NCBI RefSeq assembly: GCF_036321535.1
Contig: NC_087437.1
Span: 117,430,001-117,494,000, forward strand
Reading direction: 5' to 3'
DNA: 64,000 nt
Source: Camelus dromedarius
Lineage: Eukaryota
Shown: positions 1-13,312 of the stretch, in pieces
Layout of the letters: each line of letters opens with the position of its first letter
Numbering within the stretch: position 1 is the first letter of the stretch
Notes under the pieces: model-generated
What the model was told of the DNA's origin: nothing
The model's database searches: none
Seen by the model: the letters and a program-made list of their open reading frames with translations, nothing else
Program-made: the position numbers and the translations under genes

Positions 1-489
1 ACCCCAGGCTCCCCCTGCCTACATGTTGGCTTAGCCGAGGGCCAGCCTGGCCTACTTCTCTTGCAGGTCAAGGTCAGGCTGATAACCGATGGGCGTTAAC
101 TGATGAGAGACAGAAGTAACAGACAGGAAATAGAACACATATATTTCTTGTGTATATAATACCCACAAATTCGATGCACACAGTGCTGCCCAATAAACGT
201 CATTTGTCCCTAATACAAATATTACGTGTAGGCTACATGGGGCAGCCCGCTTGGCTTGGCATTCCTGTGCATTTTCCTTCCCGCTGTAGGTCCTGGTGTG
301 CGCGCTGGCCCGGAGAGATAGAGACGTCATGCCCACCAGCACGTGAACGCCCAGCACTGATGCTAATGTCACAGAGCAAGTTTTGGCAATTTGACCCATG
401 AAGATGGTTTCTTGATGATTTAGTTTTCAATTGACCTTTTTTTGGTCTTAGGTGTTTTAAAATAAACTTTAAATTTTAGAATTGCTTTA

Positions 490-695
490 TTTTTATTTTA
501 ATTTAAATTTTAACCCTTTTAATTGAAGTGTAGTCAGTTTACAATGTGGCATCAATCCCTGATGTGCAGCATAATGTTTCAGTCATACATGTATATACAT
601 ATATTCCTTTTCGTGTTCTTTTTCATTATAGGTTAGTACAAGATATTGAATAGAGTTCCCTGTGCTCTACAGTAGAAAATTGTTGTTTATCTATT
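490..695 (-). mobile_element. 5'-truncated L1 3' end (artiodactyl/camelid type) inserted in an older L1M fragment
   Basis: T-rich tail then ttgaagtgtagtcagtttacaatgt...gaatagagttccctgtgct; flanked by the near-identical ttagaattgcttt / ttagaattgtttt (TSD-like). Confidence 0.75.
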
Positions 696-799
696 AGAAT
701 TGTTTTAGATTTACAGAAAAATTGCATATAGTCCAGAGGGTTTCTATATACTACCTGCTTAATTTCCCCTATGAAATGAACACCCTATATCTGTATGGG

Positions 800-1185
800 A
801 CATGAAAAACATCCAACCCCAAATGAAGGACATTTTGCAAACTGTCTGTCTGGTTCTCCTGAAAACTGTCAAGGGCATCAAAAACAAGGAAAGTCTGAGA
901 AGCTGTCACAGCTAAGAAGAGTCTAAAGAAACATGATGACTAAATGTCATATCGGATCCTGGATGGAATTCAGGAAAGAAAAAAGGACATCAGAGGAAAA
1001 CAGGAAATCTGAGTAGAGCCTGGGCTTTAATTAATAAGAATGAATCATTAACTGTGACAAGGGTACCAACTCTCTTGAGCTATTAGTAAGCAGGGAGGGG
1101 GTGGTACATGAGAACTCTCTGTACTATAAAAGGGATTTTTCGGTAAATCGAAAACTACTCTAAAATAAAAAGTTTATTTAACAAA
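800..1185 (+). mobile_element. Old L1 (L1MC-like) 3' UTR fragment
   Basis: aaaactgtcaagggcatcaaaaacaaggaaagtctgaga...gaactctctgtacta...ctaaaataaaaagttt motifs typical of L1MC 3' ends. Confidence 0.7.
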
Positions 1186-1244
1186 CAAAAAATCCATGTG
1201 GAATCCGAAAGAAACCAAGAAACCACCAAAAAACACCCCTAAGC

Positions 1245-1575
1245 TTTAGATACAGAGAACAGATTGGTGGTTCCCCAGAGACAGGGGGAGGGCGAAATGG
1301 GTGAAGGTGTCAAAAGTTACAAAATTCCAGTATAAGTCCTGGGGATGTCATGTACAGCATGGCAACTGTAGTTAATAATACTATATTGCATATTTGAAAG
1401 TTGCTAAGAGAGTAAATCTTGCAAGTTCTCATCAGAAGAAACAAATTTCGTTAACTATGTGAGGTGATGGATGTTAACTAGACTCACAGTGATAATTTCA
1501 CACTATATACATGTATTGAATTATTATGTTATACACCTGAAATGAACATGTTATATGTCAATCATATCTCAATTT
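1245..1575 (+). mobile_element. L1 (L1MA9-like) 3' end
   Basis: acagagaacagattggtggtt...aaagttgctaagagagtaaatctt...atatgtcaatcatatctcaat. Confidence 0.75.
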
Positions 1576-2244
1576 TGAAGAAGTCCAGATACTTAACAAA
1601 ACAAGCCACCACCTCCCTACCAGAGAGGAACCCTAGTATGCAGTGGTTGATGGGTTGACCAGCAGGGGGCAGGAACCTGGCCTGTAGAGAGACACCTGAA
1701 ATCACATCTTTCAAGATAAGGGCAGTTTTCTGGGTGAAGGATTCGGTTAGTGAAGCACCTTCTAAACTTTACCATAAATTTCCTAATGAAAAGACTGTGC
1801 AGGAGAGCAGGAAGAGCTCGGGGAGACTTCAGAGTCAGAGACAGAGGCAGAACTCCCGGCTTACTGATGGTGTGACTCTTGGCCACGCAATGAGATGTCT
1901 AGAGCCTCAGTTTTAGTCTCTGAAATGGGTATGATAATACCCACCTCTCACGACTGTTGGGCTGATTGAATGAGACTGTAGAAATGGCCCCCTACTCAGT
2001 GCTGGGCCCCAGGGAAGCAATTTCTCAACTGTTCACCAACATTGAGCCCCACAATGGGTACAAATCACAGGGAAAGCACATTTGAAAGTGGAAATACTGT
2101 TTGAAAAACGTGTTTAGCTCAATAAGTTAGTTTTTTTTTCAAGTACCTATACTATCTAAAGCTGGAACACCAGTATTTTATTACCTGTTATAGGTAATTG
2201 GGATTTGCCTGCCAATAATTGATTAAAGTGCTTTAAAAATTATT

Positions 2245-2557
2245 TACAAAACAGAAACAGGTTCCTAGACATAGAAAACAAACTTTTGGTTACCAGAAGG
2301 GAAAGAGGTGGGGAGGGATAAATTGGCAGTTTGGGATTTGAAGATGTTAATTACTACATACAGAATAGATAAACAACAAGGACCTACTATATAGGACAGA
2401 AAACTATATTCAAATACCTTGTAATAACCTATAATAGAAAAGAATATGAAAAAAATACATATATGTACAACTGAGTCACTATGCTGTACACCAGAAAATA
2501 CAACGTTGTAAATCAATTATATGTCATTAAAAAATTAAAAATAAATAAATTAAAAAA
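2245..2557 (+). mobile_element. L1 3' end (artiodactyl type) with A-rich tail
   Basis: acaaaacagaaacag...agacatagaaaacaaactt...aacaacaaggacctactata...gtcactatgctgtacaccagaaa...A-tail. Confidence 0.85.
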
Positions 2558-4501
2558 TTATACTCTCTGCAGTAAACTTCTGTATCTTATTTGTGTTCTT
2601 AATTTGGTTCAGAACAGTTTAAGTTAATTCTAAGTTTGATATTACCATAAATTCCAAATTAAAGAAATCTAAATCCATGAGATTTTAATTTGTGGTGAAA
2701 ATAACCAGGTACTTAAACAATGTGGTGTCCTCCGCTCCGTGGACCACATCCCTCTCCTGATAGCATCAGGTCTGCATCTAATGTGGCGGTGTCAAATACG
2801 AATAATGCACTTCTCTCCCACTGCTAAGCCAGGTGGTGTACTGATCAGTGGGGAGCAGGGAAACTCACATCCAGAACACCCTGGAAAGTGTCCGAAAGAC
2901 CAAAAAGGACTCAGAGTGACATGGTAAAATAAACAAGCATCTAGCCAGCCAGGGTGGTTTCAAAAAACTTTCTTTGTTTTAACTTTGCCCACAATGATGC
3001 TTTAAATGTTGAGATGTGTGCTGAGAATCTTCTGTGAGAAGGAGGAGCAGAGAACTCCAAGGAGCTACAGCGTTTCCAGAATGATCCTCTTGCTTTCCCA
3101 GATGACAAAGTGGTATGTACATTTGTAGCAATCTTGGAATGCACAATTAAGAAAAAAGAGAAAAAAATGTAAACATCCTTTGTAGCTTTCCTTTTTCCTG
3201 CTCCTGCTACCAGCTGAGTCTACAGAGAAGACAGAAGGAAAGACTCTGTGAGCTGGTCCAGGACTCCTACCTCTGGACTGCTCTCTGCAGGAGAAAATGC
3301 CTTATGTGCATGAGCCCTGTCATCTGGGGTTTCTCTCAATATGTTTGAAGCACGTGTGGCTGACATCATAGCAAACATTTACAACCTAGGGATGTGTAAT
3401 AACGAACCTACTTGCCGTCTCATCAGGTTAGCGAATGCTGTGAGGTGTTCAGTAAGACTCAGTTGGTCTATGTTTTGTTTTCTGCTAAATGTGCCTGATT
3501 CAGCCATTGTGATTTTCCACTCTTTCAAATAAAGAGATCAGGGGTCACTTGCCCCATGGCTTTATTACAGAGCCTGCCGTACCCAACTGGAATGGAAAAC
3601 TCTACTTCTGTATTGGAGGCCAAGATGTTTAAACATTTTTGGATACTTTTTGCAAAGTCATAAAACACAACTAACACAGGAAATAGTAACAACTCACAAA
3701 TAGCTCTTGTTGTTAATCATTTCAAACGGAACCAGGATATTTCTCCTTTCACTGTGCAAAGGCAAGCCCATTTGTTCCCCTGACATAGAAACTCCCAAGT
3801 GATTTTCAGCGTTTGAAAATGTTACCTCTTTCTTCTCTGCTGGGCTTAAAATAAAAGAGCTTCTGACAGTCCCAACATGTGAACCAAAAATTCACGTTTT
3901 AAACACTTCAACAGATTCAAAAAGAAGACAAGTTTCTTCCTCTGGAGACAAAACAGGACTAAATCTATAAAACTTGACTTTGGGCCAGATGACCACTTTT
4001 TCTACAACTAGTCCATTAAGTGAATTTGGAAGCACAAACACAATGTTAATTTTAGTAACTCTGACTTTATTTTAGTGTCAATTAGGAAATCATGCTCATA
4101 ATTCCACAGATACTCCACATAGATTTAGGATGAGACCAAAGGAGGTAACTGTCTTTTAAGCCGGAAATCAAATCAAATTAAAGTATGAGGCACACGCTGG
4201 CTGTGGGTGGCGGCTGCTCCTTCACGCTGGGCTCCACGGAAGGTGAAACTGGTCCAGGTGACAAGAGGTCACGGGCGCCGAGGACCTGCAGGATCCCGGA
4301 GGGAGTGCAGGCAAGGACGGTGCCAGGCACTGGCTGGCGCTTTAAGTCCCTTCAGTCCATCTGAGTGAAATGTGATAGACATGTTTAATGTGAGGATTGA
4401 CATTGACATGAGGTTGATATGAGAATGACACGGGGGCTGTGATTTTTCCGCCACTGCATGTTGTCTGGTCCCTAACTCCCTCTTACTGTACTAATTTTTA
4501 A

Positions 4502-4503
<2 letters not shown>

Positions 4504-4533
<30 letters not shown>
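4504..4533. repeat. (TG)n microsatellite
   Basis: Read directly. Confidence 0.95.
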
Positions 4534-4537
<4 letters not shown>

Positions 4538-4743
4538 ACACATACGTGCAATCAACTCCAGCGGTTGGGGGCGGGGTGGTGCAGAGCGGGTAGAGTCAGA
4601 GAGGTGATGAGGAAAGACCTTGATTCATAGGTATGGACTTTGAGAGATCTCCCTCTCATTCAATCTGTGAGTCAGAGCAGTTAAAAAATTAACCAGAAAT
4701 TCAGAAATTGGTTGGAGACCTCTGGTAGGGACCTAGAAGAAGG

Positions 4744-5340
4744 TACTGAGTATAGTTCCCTGTGCTGTACAGTAGGACCTTGTTGCTTATCTATTTTACA
4801 TACAGTAGTTAGTATCTGCAAATCCTGAACTCCCACTGTATCTCTCTACACACCCCTTCCCCTCCGGGAACCATAAGTTTGTTTTCTATGTTTGTGAGTG
4901 TTTCTGTTTTATAAATAAGTCCATTTGTGTCATTTTTTTGGAGATTTCACATATAAGTGATATCATATGGCATTTTTCTTTCTCTTTCTGGCTTACTTCA
5001 CTTAGTATGATGGTCTCTAGGTCCATCCATGTTGCTGCAAATGGCATAATTTCATTCTTTTTTATGGCTGAGTAGTATTCCTTGTCTAAATATGCCACAA
5101 CTTCTTTATCCAGTCATCTGTCGATGGACATTTAGGTTGTTTCCATGTCTTGGCTATTGTAAATAGTGCTGCTATGGACATTGGGGTACATGTGTCTTTT
5201 TGAATTAAGGTTCCTTCTGGATATATGCCCAGGAGTGGGATTACTGGGTCATATGGTAGTTCTATTTTTAGTTTTCTGAGAAACCTCCATACTGTTTTCT
5301 GTCGTGGCTGCACCAAACTACATTCCCACCAACAATGTAG
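4744..5340 (-). mobile_element. L1 fragment: ORF2 C-terminus plus 3' UTR
   Basis: Minus-strand ORFs give [11 protein letters not shown]...[24 protein letters not shown]...CTPMSIAALFTIAKTWKQPKCPS and YYSAIKKNEIMPFAATWMDLETIILSEVSQ, the canonical L1 ORF2 C-terminal sequence, here frameshifted. Confidence 0.95.
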
Positions 5341-6389
5341 AAGAATCACTATTTTACAAAAGAGAAACTGGGTCTGGTAGTAACTTGCACCATTTATGGC
5401 CCTCAAATCCATATCCTTTCTAATTACCCAGGACCAAAACTTTGTGTAGCAAACCTTGAATTTCCCTAACGGTCTCCAGCTTTTACCCGTGAATCCTCTC
5501 ATGTTGGTTGGCGTAGAGATTTGGCTGCTAAAGAGACCAAAATAACAGTGTCTTGAACAAGGCAGATGTTTATTTCTCTATGCAAAAGCCTCCATGGGAG
5601 GCAGCCCTGCTCTCCAAGAGCCTCCTCAGACCCCTCTTAGTGCTCCCAATGCCCCTGGGGGTGTGGTTTACACTGGCTCCTTCTCACCCCACTCTCCAGC
5701 TGGTAGGAATGTGCGAAAACAGAGACAGGAGAACAGACTCCTCATTAAAGGCAAGATCCCCTCACATCCCACTGATGGGAATCGAGGTGCCCAGCCATGC
5801 TTCACTGCACAACAGAAGGGCTGGGGAATCAGCCTGTATTTGTGCACAACTGAAGAGCAGGATTCTGTTGCCATAGAATATGAGAAAGTGGATGTTGGGG
5901 CATGTCTGCCATCGTGCACGGGGTACCCCTTTGTGCATGGTGCTGTATCAAGCCTTGTTGGGAAGAGAAAGATGAACATATCTTAGTCCCTGAATTCCGA
6001 AGACAGAGACCACAAAGGGGAAGTTCTGTTAGCAGGCAGAAATGGCCAACGTGTTCCATGGAATGGGAAGAATACAGGAGCACAGATAACCCAAGTGTGA
6101 TCAGCAGCACGTACTGGATGAGAGAAAACACACAAAAAGAAAGAAAGAGGGAAGAGAAAGTAATATTAAGCTAGTTCAAGACTTGAGATGCAGATCTCCT
6201 CGGGATATTATAAAAAACCCCGAACCACCCACTGACCTCAACTTCCATTTCTGGAGGCAATACAGCAGGTGAATAAATCAGAGTTGGGGCAGGAGAGAAA
6301 TGAGACCAGAGAAGGTTCACTGGACTGGGGAATTTCAGTGACTGGTGGCAAGCCATTGGGGAAAACAGTGAGTTCAGCCAACACTGGTT

Positions 6390-6565
6390 TGTATCTTGGG
6401 GCTGCCAGAACAAAGAACCACACACTGAGCGGCTTGAAAGAACGGAAATGTATTGTCTCAGTTCGGAGGCCAGAAGAAAGAAACCAAGGTGTCTGCAGGG
6501 CCGCACTCTTTTTTTTTTTCTCTATTTTTGTGGTTTCTTTCACTTATCATGTTGCTTTTATTTAC

Positions 6566-6597
<32 letters not shown>

Positions 6598-7443
6598 ACA
6601 TTTTTTATTGATTTGTAATCATTTTACAATGTTGTGTCAAATTCCAATGTAGAGCACAATTTTTCAGTTATACATGAACATATATATATTCATTGTCACA
6701 TTTTTTTCTCTGTGAGCTACCATAAGAGCTTGTATATACTTTCCTGTGCTATACAGTATAATCTTGTTTATCTATTCTACAATTTGGAAATCCTGGTCTA
6801 TCCCTTCCCACCCCCCGCCCGCTTGGCAACCACAAGTTTGTATTCTATGTCTATGAGTCTATTTCTGTTTTGTATCTAAGCTTTGTTTGTTTGTTTGTTT
6901 GTTTTAGATTCCACATATGAGCGATCTCATATGGTATTTTTCTTTCTCTTTCTGGCTTACTTCACTTAGAATGACATTCTCCAGGAGCATCCGTGTTGCT
7001 GCAAATGGCTTTATGTTGTCAGTTTTTAATAGTATTGAATAGTATTCCATTGTATAAAGATACCACATCTTCTTTGTCCAGTCAAGGGCCATACTCCTTC
7101 TATAAACCTATAGGGGAGCATCCTTCCTGGCCTCTCCCAGCTTCTGGTAGACCCAGACATTCCATGGTTGATGGCAACAGGATTTCAGTCCCTGCCTCTG
7201 TCTTCATGTAGCCTTCCCCCGGCGTCTCTTCCCACTGTCTTCCCTCGCCATATGTCTGTCTCTGTGTCCAAGTTTCTCCTTTTCATGAGGACATCAGCCA
7301 AGTTGGATAAAGGGCCAACTGAATGACCTCATTTCAACTTGATTGCTCCTTAAAGGCCTTATCTCCAAATCACCTCACATTCTGAGGTCCTGCAGGTGTG
7401 GATTAAAACTTTTTTGGGGGGGAAACACAACTCAACCCATAAT
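6390..7443 (-). mobile_element. MaLR (MLT1-type) solo LTR split by an L1 insertion
   Basis: MLT1 motifs ggctgccagaacaaagaaccacacactgagcggcttgaaa... (6390-6508) resume at 7085 and end ...cacattctgaggtcc...aactcaacccataa. Confidence 0.75.
6509..7084 (-). mobile_element. 5'-truncated L1 3' end with TSD
   Basis: Poly-T/(TTTA)n tail; ORF2 remnant WTKKMWYLYTMEYYS...FAATRMLLENVILSEVSQKEK; TSD agggccgcactc (6497-6508) / agggccatactc (7085-7096). Confidence 0.9.
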
Positions 7444-8169
7444 GGCTTGCTTGATAGATGTTCATAGCTGAAGGCAAAGTCAGTTTAACTCTCATCCTCA
7501 GAAGCAAGAAAGATCCCACAACCAGAGCCCACGTTACCATCCAGCGAGTTTCATTTCCCAGGCAGCTTGGAGCCCTTGTGTCAGCACGAATTGCCAAAAA
7601 AGGGCGATGTAATCATTTTTAAACCACACGCACCTGTGATGTGTCAAGCCATTTTGACATGCCTAAAATGAGAACTCTGCTGTAAAAATAGGAGAAATTA
7701 GATAACGGTGTTCCAAAGGCATTTGATACTTTCCTATGCTTTGGAATTCGTTTTCTAAAAAATTATTTGTCTTTGAATTGTCTACGTTCACTTTTAAGGG
7801 CTACTTTTATTTTGCTTTTTGTTCAACCGTTAATGTATGAACTGTATCAGGCCGTGAATAGGGCAGTAACTAAAATGCGGACCCCCTGGCTTGGGGCTAG
7901 GGCACCACTAGAAGACTCCCTAATTTAATAACTGCTTTGAAAAAATTTTGCACATTTTGAAGCCCTCTTACCCATCAGCAGGCACTACTCTTTGCCCAGC
8001 GACAGAAACCAGGTTGCCCTTAGAAAGCCTCTTGTCACATGGAGGACACCTGCTGCCTGAGGTCTAGAGCTGGGAGCCTGCTTGGTGAGGATGTCCTTGT
8101 AAACACAGGTCATCCCTGCCATTCCTTCAGGGTTTCTCCTCAAGCCAAGATGATCTGAGGGTGTGATGA

Positions 8170-9100
8170 CTTTAAAACATTGACACCCCTTCCCCAAATT
8201 CTTTGACATCTTCCATTGAGGAGGCCTCCCTGAATCTGGATTCTGTGACTTCTCAGCCAATAGGATACAATGGGATGATTGCAGTAGGAAGAACTCTAAT
8301 GACCCCGCAATAACCCCCATCTTTGTACATCCTCTCCCTTTTGAGTGACGCCACTCCTTGATTATGTTACATTACAGGGTGAGAGGGAGACTGTCCAAGT
8401 GGACCCCGTCTAACCGCATGTGCCTTTTAAAAGCAGAGCGGTTTCTCCAGCTGGCAGCACGGGGGAAGCTGGAGATTGGAAGCAGAAGGGGGTGTGATGC
8501 ATCATTGTCGGCTTAGGAGATGGAGGGGGTCACGTGCCAGGGAAGGCAGGTGACCTTTAGGAGCAGGTAGTGGCCCTTGACTGACAGCCAGCAAGGGAAC
8601 GGGGACCTCAGTCCTACAACCACAAGTAAGTGAATCTGGCTCCCAAAAGAAATAAATTGGCCAGACTTCTGACCTATAGCACTGTGAGATAGTAAATGGT
8701 ATTGTTTTAAGTCACTAAATTTGTGGCAGTTTGTTATCAGTAACAGAAAACTAACACAGTGACATTGCCAGTTTCTAGGTCCAGGATTTAAAAGACTAGT
8801 AGCTCCCCATCTCTTGTATGATGGGGCAGTTGCTCTTGGAACCCAATTGTCAGGCTGTGAGGGAGCCCAAGCAGTGCATCAAGAGGCCCATGTGGAAAGG
8901 AGTGAAGATCCTCAGCATCAGGACCAACCTTCCAGCGTGTGAATGAGCCGCCTTGGAGGCTGGTCCAGCCCCGGCTGATCTGTCCCAGCTGACACTGTGT
9001 GATGCTGGGCAGGTCGTCTCTACTGAGCTCTGCCCAGGTTGCAAAATAAACGATGGCTCTTATTTTAAGGTACTAAGTTTTGGGGGTGATTTAAATAGAG
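8170..9100 (+). mobile_element. Nested MaLR LTRs (MLT1D/E-like copy at about 8280-8758 inside an older MLT1F/H-like copy)
   Basis: Two MLT1 3' signatures: ttgttttaagtcactaaatttgtggcagtttgttatcagtaacagaaaactaacaca (8758) and ttattttaaggtactaagttttggggg (9085). Confidence 0.6.
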
Positions 9101-10101
9101 TGTGAATTTTCTGCTGTTTGTCCTGGGCCAAGGCAGCTCATTATGTCCCTAGTGACATGATTGATGTTAGAAATAACCTAAATAAAGACATGCTGGCAGG
9201 AGAGGGCAAAATGGCCCTTGTGACTTTAAGGACACATTTTTCTAGTCAGCTTTCCTTCTGAGATTGTGTGATTGAGGAGTGCAATGGACAGAGAGCGTTC
9301 TGCGAATTCCTTCTTGCAGAGGGATGTATTACCTTTGTACCCCAGTTAACCGCACTCACGAGAACGGTGATCTTCAGTGCTGCTGAGGGGGTGGTGAGGG
9401 AAGCCGTCTCAGACACTGCATGGGCTTGTAAATTGGCGTAGTTCTGGAATTGAATTGAACTCTTTCAATAATTGTAAAATGAATAATGTTTGGACGTAGG
9501 ATTCTAATTCAAAGGGCCCAAGATGAGGTACATTACCAAACGTAAACAAAAAGGCAAAAAACCCAACCCTCTACATAAACAAATACGTTCATCTCAGTAT
9601 CATTCGCGATATTGAAAAGCTGGAAACAACATCGTGTTTAAGGGTTTGGGCATTCTCCCAGTTACTATGATTTACTTATAATGATATTATGCAACATCAC
9701 GTAGCATATTACTATGAAGCTATTAAAGCAACCCTCATACATGGTTTTTAATAATATGGAACGATACTTATTTATTGTTAAATTTAAAATGATTATAATA
9801 TTGTACAAACAACATCATATTCTATTGTACAATACATGAAAGTATATATGGTTGTTCAAGGAAAAGATTTCTACCTATTAAAATACAGATGCAATAAACC
9901 CACACTTGGAAAAACAAAATGAAAAAAATAGAGATGCCAAAAAAAAAGTAAAAAAATACAGATGCAATTTAATGTTTAATAATAATTACTTAAATAACTG
10001 ATAGGACATCCATAAAACATAACACTTTTTAATCCACTTAAAATTATTTCATAAAATGCATAAATTTATGGAGAAACACGGAAGCCATGCAGGCAAGTGG
10101 C

Positions 10102-10580
10102 TGCATGAGCTTCTTAGGGCTTCTATTACAAAGCACCACGTATTAGGGGACTTAGAACAACATGCGCTTATTGTCTCACAGACACGGAGGCTACAAGCCT
10201 GAAAGCAAGGTGTCGGCAGGGCCGGGCTCTCTCCGGAGGCTCTAGGGGAGGGCCCTTCCTTGCCTCTTCCAGCTTCTGGTGCTGGCTGGCAATCCTTGGC
10301 TCTCCTTGTCCTGGGACCGTATCCTTCCTGTCTCTGCGGCCGCCCTGTGTCTTCACATAATCTTCCCCCTGCGTGTGTCTCTGTGTCCACACGTCTCTCT
10401 CCTTGTAAGGACGCCAGTCATGCTGGATTTAGGGCCTTCTGTAAGCCAGTATGAGCTCACCTCGCTTTAACTAAACACTAAGACCCTATATCCAAATAAG
10501 GTCACCTTCGGAGGTTCTGGGTGGACACACCTTCTGAGGGGGACACACCTTCTGAGGGGGACACTATTCAAGCCAGTAGA
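10102..10580 (-). mobile_element. MaLR (MLT1C-like) solo LTR containing an 18-bp tandem duplication at 10523-10564
   Basis: agcaaggtgtcggcagggcc...ggctctaggggag...ccaaataaggtcacctt...ggggacactattca; ggacacaccttctgaggg occurs 2.3 times. Confidence 0.8.
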
Positions 10581-11039
10581 GTAGATTAAGTGAAAAAAGG
10601 CAAGGTTTGTGGGCAAAAACATATATAATAATTCATTAAAAAGTTAAGAATGATCCATGACATACGCAGTCACATGCTCAGACCCACAGGTGCACATCCA
10701 TACACGTAGAGGACTGGAGGGTTTATGGCACTCTATGGTGGGTCTCCTTGGGTGGCAAGGTCCTGCGTTCTGCTCAATGATCTTTGCGTACGTTTCTGAA
10801 TTTCTACATTTACTACATTGACAACACATTCTTTGTGTAATTAAAACAACAACGACTGAAAAAAATTTTGGCCATTTAAATTGTCAAAAATTAAAATAGC
10901 TGACGGTGTTGGCTGCATTGGACATTAGCTGCTAGGGGTAATGTAATTATCTTGGAGAGCGTTTTGCTAATCTAGGATGTTTCGGACTTCCTACAGTGTG
11001 CATGTCTTCCGACCTAGGGACTGCATTAAAAAGAAAAAA

Positions 11040-11400
11040 AAAACTTTGTTCCTTAGTGTAGTTTTGGGTTCACAGCAAAACTGAACAGAAGACACAGAGA
11101 GTTCCCATGTATCCCCTGCCCTCACACACGTATAACCTCCCCCCATCAGCCCCTCACCAGAGGGGTACATGTGTCCCAACTGATGAACCTACACTGAAAC
11201 CATCCAAAGTCCTTAGCTGACCTTAGAGTTCACTTTTGGTGTTGTACATGCTATGGGTTTTAGAAAATGTAAAATGACATGCATCTAATATTATAGTCTC
11301 ACACAGAGTATTTTCACTGCCCTAAAAATCCTCTTTTATCCTCCCACCCTTAAAGATCACCGATCCTTTTACTGTCTTTATTGGAGCAATTGCATTTTTC
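11040..11400 (-). mobile_element. Old L1 (L1MC1/MB-like) 3' end
   Basis: ttttgggttcacagcaaaactgaacagaagacacagagagttccc...gatgaacctacactga...ttttcactgccctaaaaatcctct. Confidence 0.75.
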
Positions 11401-11889
11401 AGACCTGATCCCAAGGAAATCATTCGGTGTCTAAGCTCTGACCCAGCTGTGAGGACGTGCACCACCAAGTGTAATGGTCGGAAGTGCAAGTTACGTGAAG
11501 CCCGACAGCAGGAATCTACTGAAATAGGTGACGCATCTTCATTTGACGAAATCACGCTTAGCCGTTAAAAATAATGCGAGCGTTCACTGACCGGGGCAGA
11601 AGCTTATAATGTATTAAGTAAATTATGATTACTAAGTAGTAGATAAAATATGAACCTTTTATTTTTAGCAGATACATGCCATGCTACTGACTGCTTGTCT
11701 TTACATGTTGAACTTGAGAGCAATCAGTTTTAAAAATTTCCTCCTTTTCTGCTCACCTGAATTTTTTCTAGTTTCTCCATAGTTAATATATATCATTTGT
11801 AATAAGGAAAGTAATGGAAGCTACTTGTTAACAATCTATAATGCTTACTTAGGGGTCATGTTTTCAGATGAATTTTGTTTTCCTCTTTA

Positions 11890-12487
11890 TATTAGGTTGA
11901 GCCTAATATGAAATTGCTGTCTCTGTAGGTGAAAAAGAGTTAAATGTGGGCACTTTTGTAACAGGGAAGAACAAATTTGACTTAATATTGGATCTGTTTC
12001 TTTTGCTTTAATCTTTGTATTCTATTGCTTTTGCTACAGGTTAATCACTAAAAGAATATTGCCTATGGCTGGATATATACAGGACAGCCCATTTTCAAGG
12101 CTTAGATCTTTAAAGGTACAACACTTTTCCATCCATACGGAGCTAAAAAGTTGCAGAAAAGAGAATAACATTTGTCTTGTTGGAGATTTATAGGAACATT
12201 GTGACCAGACCTGTGTGGGCAGCTGCAAGAACAAAGGATTCCAACACCAAGAAGTCTGTGACAACCAGCCACACCTGGCCCCTTTTTAATATAAAAGAAG
12301 CCTGAATTCTAACTCAAGTAAGTTTGCTCTTTGGGGTCCCAGTCCACTATCTTCTCAGCCTGCTGGCTTTCTGAATGAAGCTGTTATTACTTGCCCCCAC
12401 ACCTCATCTCCCGATTTATTGGCCCGTCATATGGTGAGCAGTATGAGCTTGGACTTGGCAACACTTTTATATGATTCAATCTAAATA
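11890..12487. mobile_element. MADE2-like mariner-derived MITE interrupted by an LTR
   Basis: Left half tattaggttgagcctaatatgaaattgctgtctctgtaggtgaaaaagagttaaatgtgggca and right half tatatgattcaatctaaata together rebuild the roughly 80-bp palindromic MADE2 pattern. Confidence 0.7.
11957..12463 (+). mobile_element. ERV1-class solo LTR (507 bp)
   Basis: TGTAAC...GCAACA termini with a 4-bp TSD CTTT (11953-11956 / 12464-12467); TATA-like ttaatataaaa at about 12286; related copy at 36289-36782. Confidence 0.85.
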
Positions 12488-12838
12488 CTTTAAATATTTA
12501 AAAAATATTCTGCAGAGATCACACCACATGTTCACTTAAATTCCTCAAAGAGCTCCTGTAATGGGTTTGAAATCATGGCTCTCATACAAATCTAAAAGGA
12601 ATGTGTCCCAGATTTTATTTAACTCAGTTAATAAGGGAACAAGCAAGGTGTTACAACAGATCCAATGGAAAATTCAAAGGACACACACGTCTATGTACCA
12701 TCATGAATGCTGAAAAATTTACAGATAGATGCAAAACTGGTTGATATCTGCAGGGCAAAAGTCAGTTGCATGTTCACCAAGGTTCATTTGCATTTCTACA
12801 CACTGGGATCATCTGTATTACCATCCGTTTGTTACAAC

Positions 12839-13312
12839 TGTACATTAGTCAGTGTTCTCCGGGAGCAGAACCAATCGGTCATTCATTCACTCACTCATTA
12901 TGAGAAATCGGCTCATGTGATTACAGAGGCTGAGAGTCCCACAGCTGCCAGCTCCCAGAAGAGCCCATGGTGTCATTCTAGCCCAAGTCTGAAGCCCTGA
13001 GCACTGAAGGACTGACTGTGTCAGTTGCAGTTTGAGTCCCAAGGCCTGAGAACCAGACGCACCAACATCCTAGGGCAAGAGAAGACTGGTGTCCCAGCCA
13101 AACGGTCCAAGAGACGAGATTCCCGCTTCCTCCATTTCTGTTCTATTCAGGCCCCCTGTAGATTAGGGGAGGCCCGCCCCCTCTGGGGAGGAATCTGCTT
13201 TACTCTGTCTACTGACTCAAGTGCCACCTTCGCAGACACAACCAGAAATAATGTTTAACCACGTATCTGGGTGCCCCATGATATGTCAAGTTGACACAAA
13301 AAGTAAGCATCA
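12839..13312 (-). mobile_element. ERVL (MLT2-type) solo LTR
   Basis: attagtcagtgttctccgggagcagaaccaat...ggctcatgtgattacagaggctgag...ccagaaataatgtttaacc...gtcaagttgacaca. Confidence 0.8.

Noticed and set aside
1..420. Possible 3' end of the upstream neighbour (B3GALT5 in human synteny); AATAAA at about 192
   Set aside because: No coding sequence is visible, and a lone AATAAA is not enough evidence.
4886..5502. Minus-strand ORFs as a host gene or an active retrotransposon
   Set aside because: They are frameshifted, 5'-truncated L1 ORF2 C-terminal remnants with no RT/EN domains or ORF1.
12540..12830. Possible additional old LTR fragment between the ERV1 and MLT2 LTRs
   Set aside because: It looks repeat-derived, but I could not assign a family or termini with confidence.
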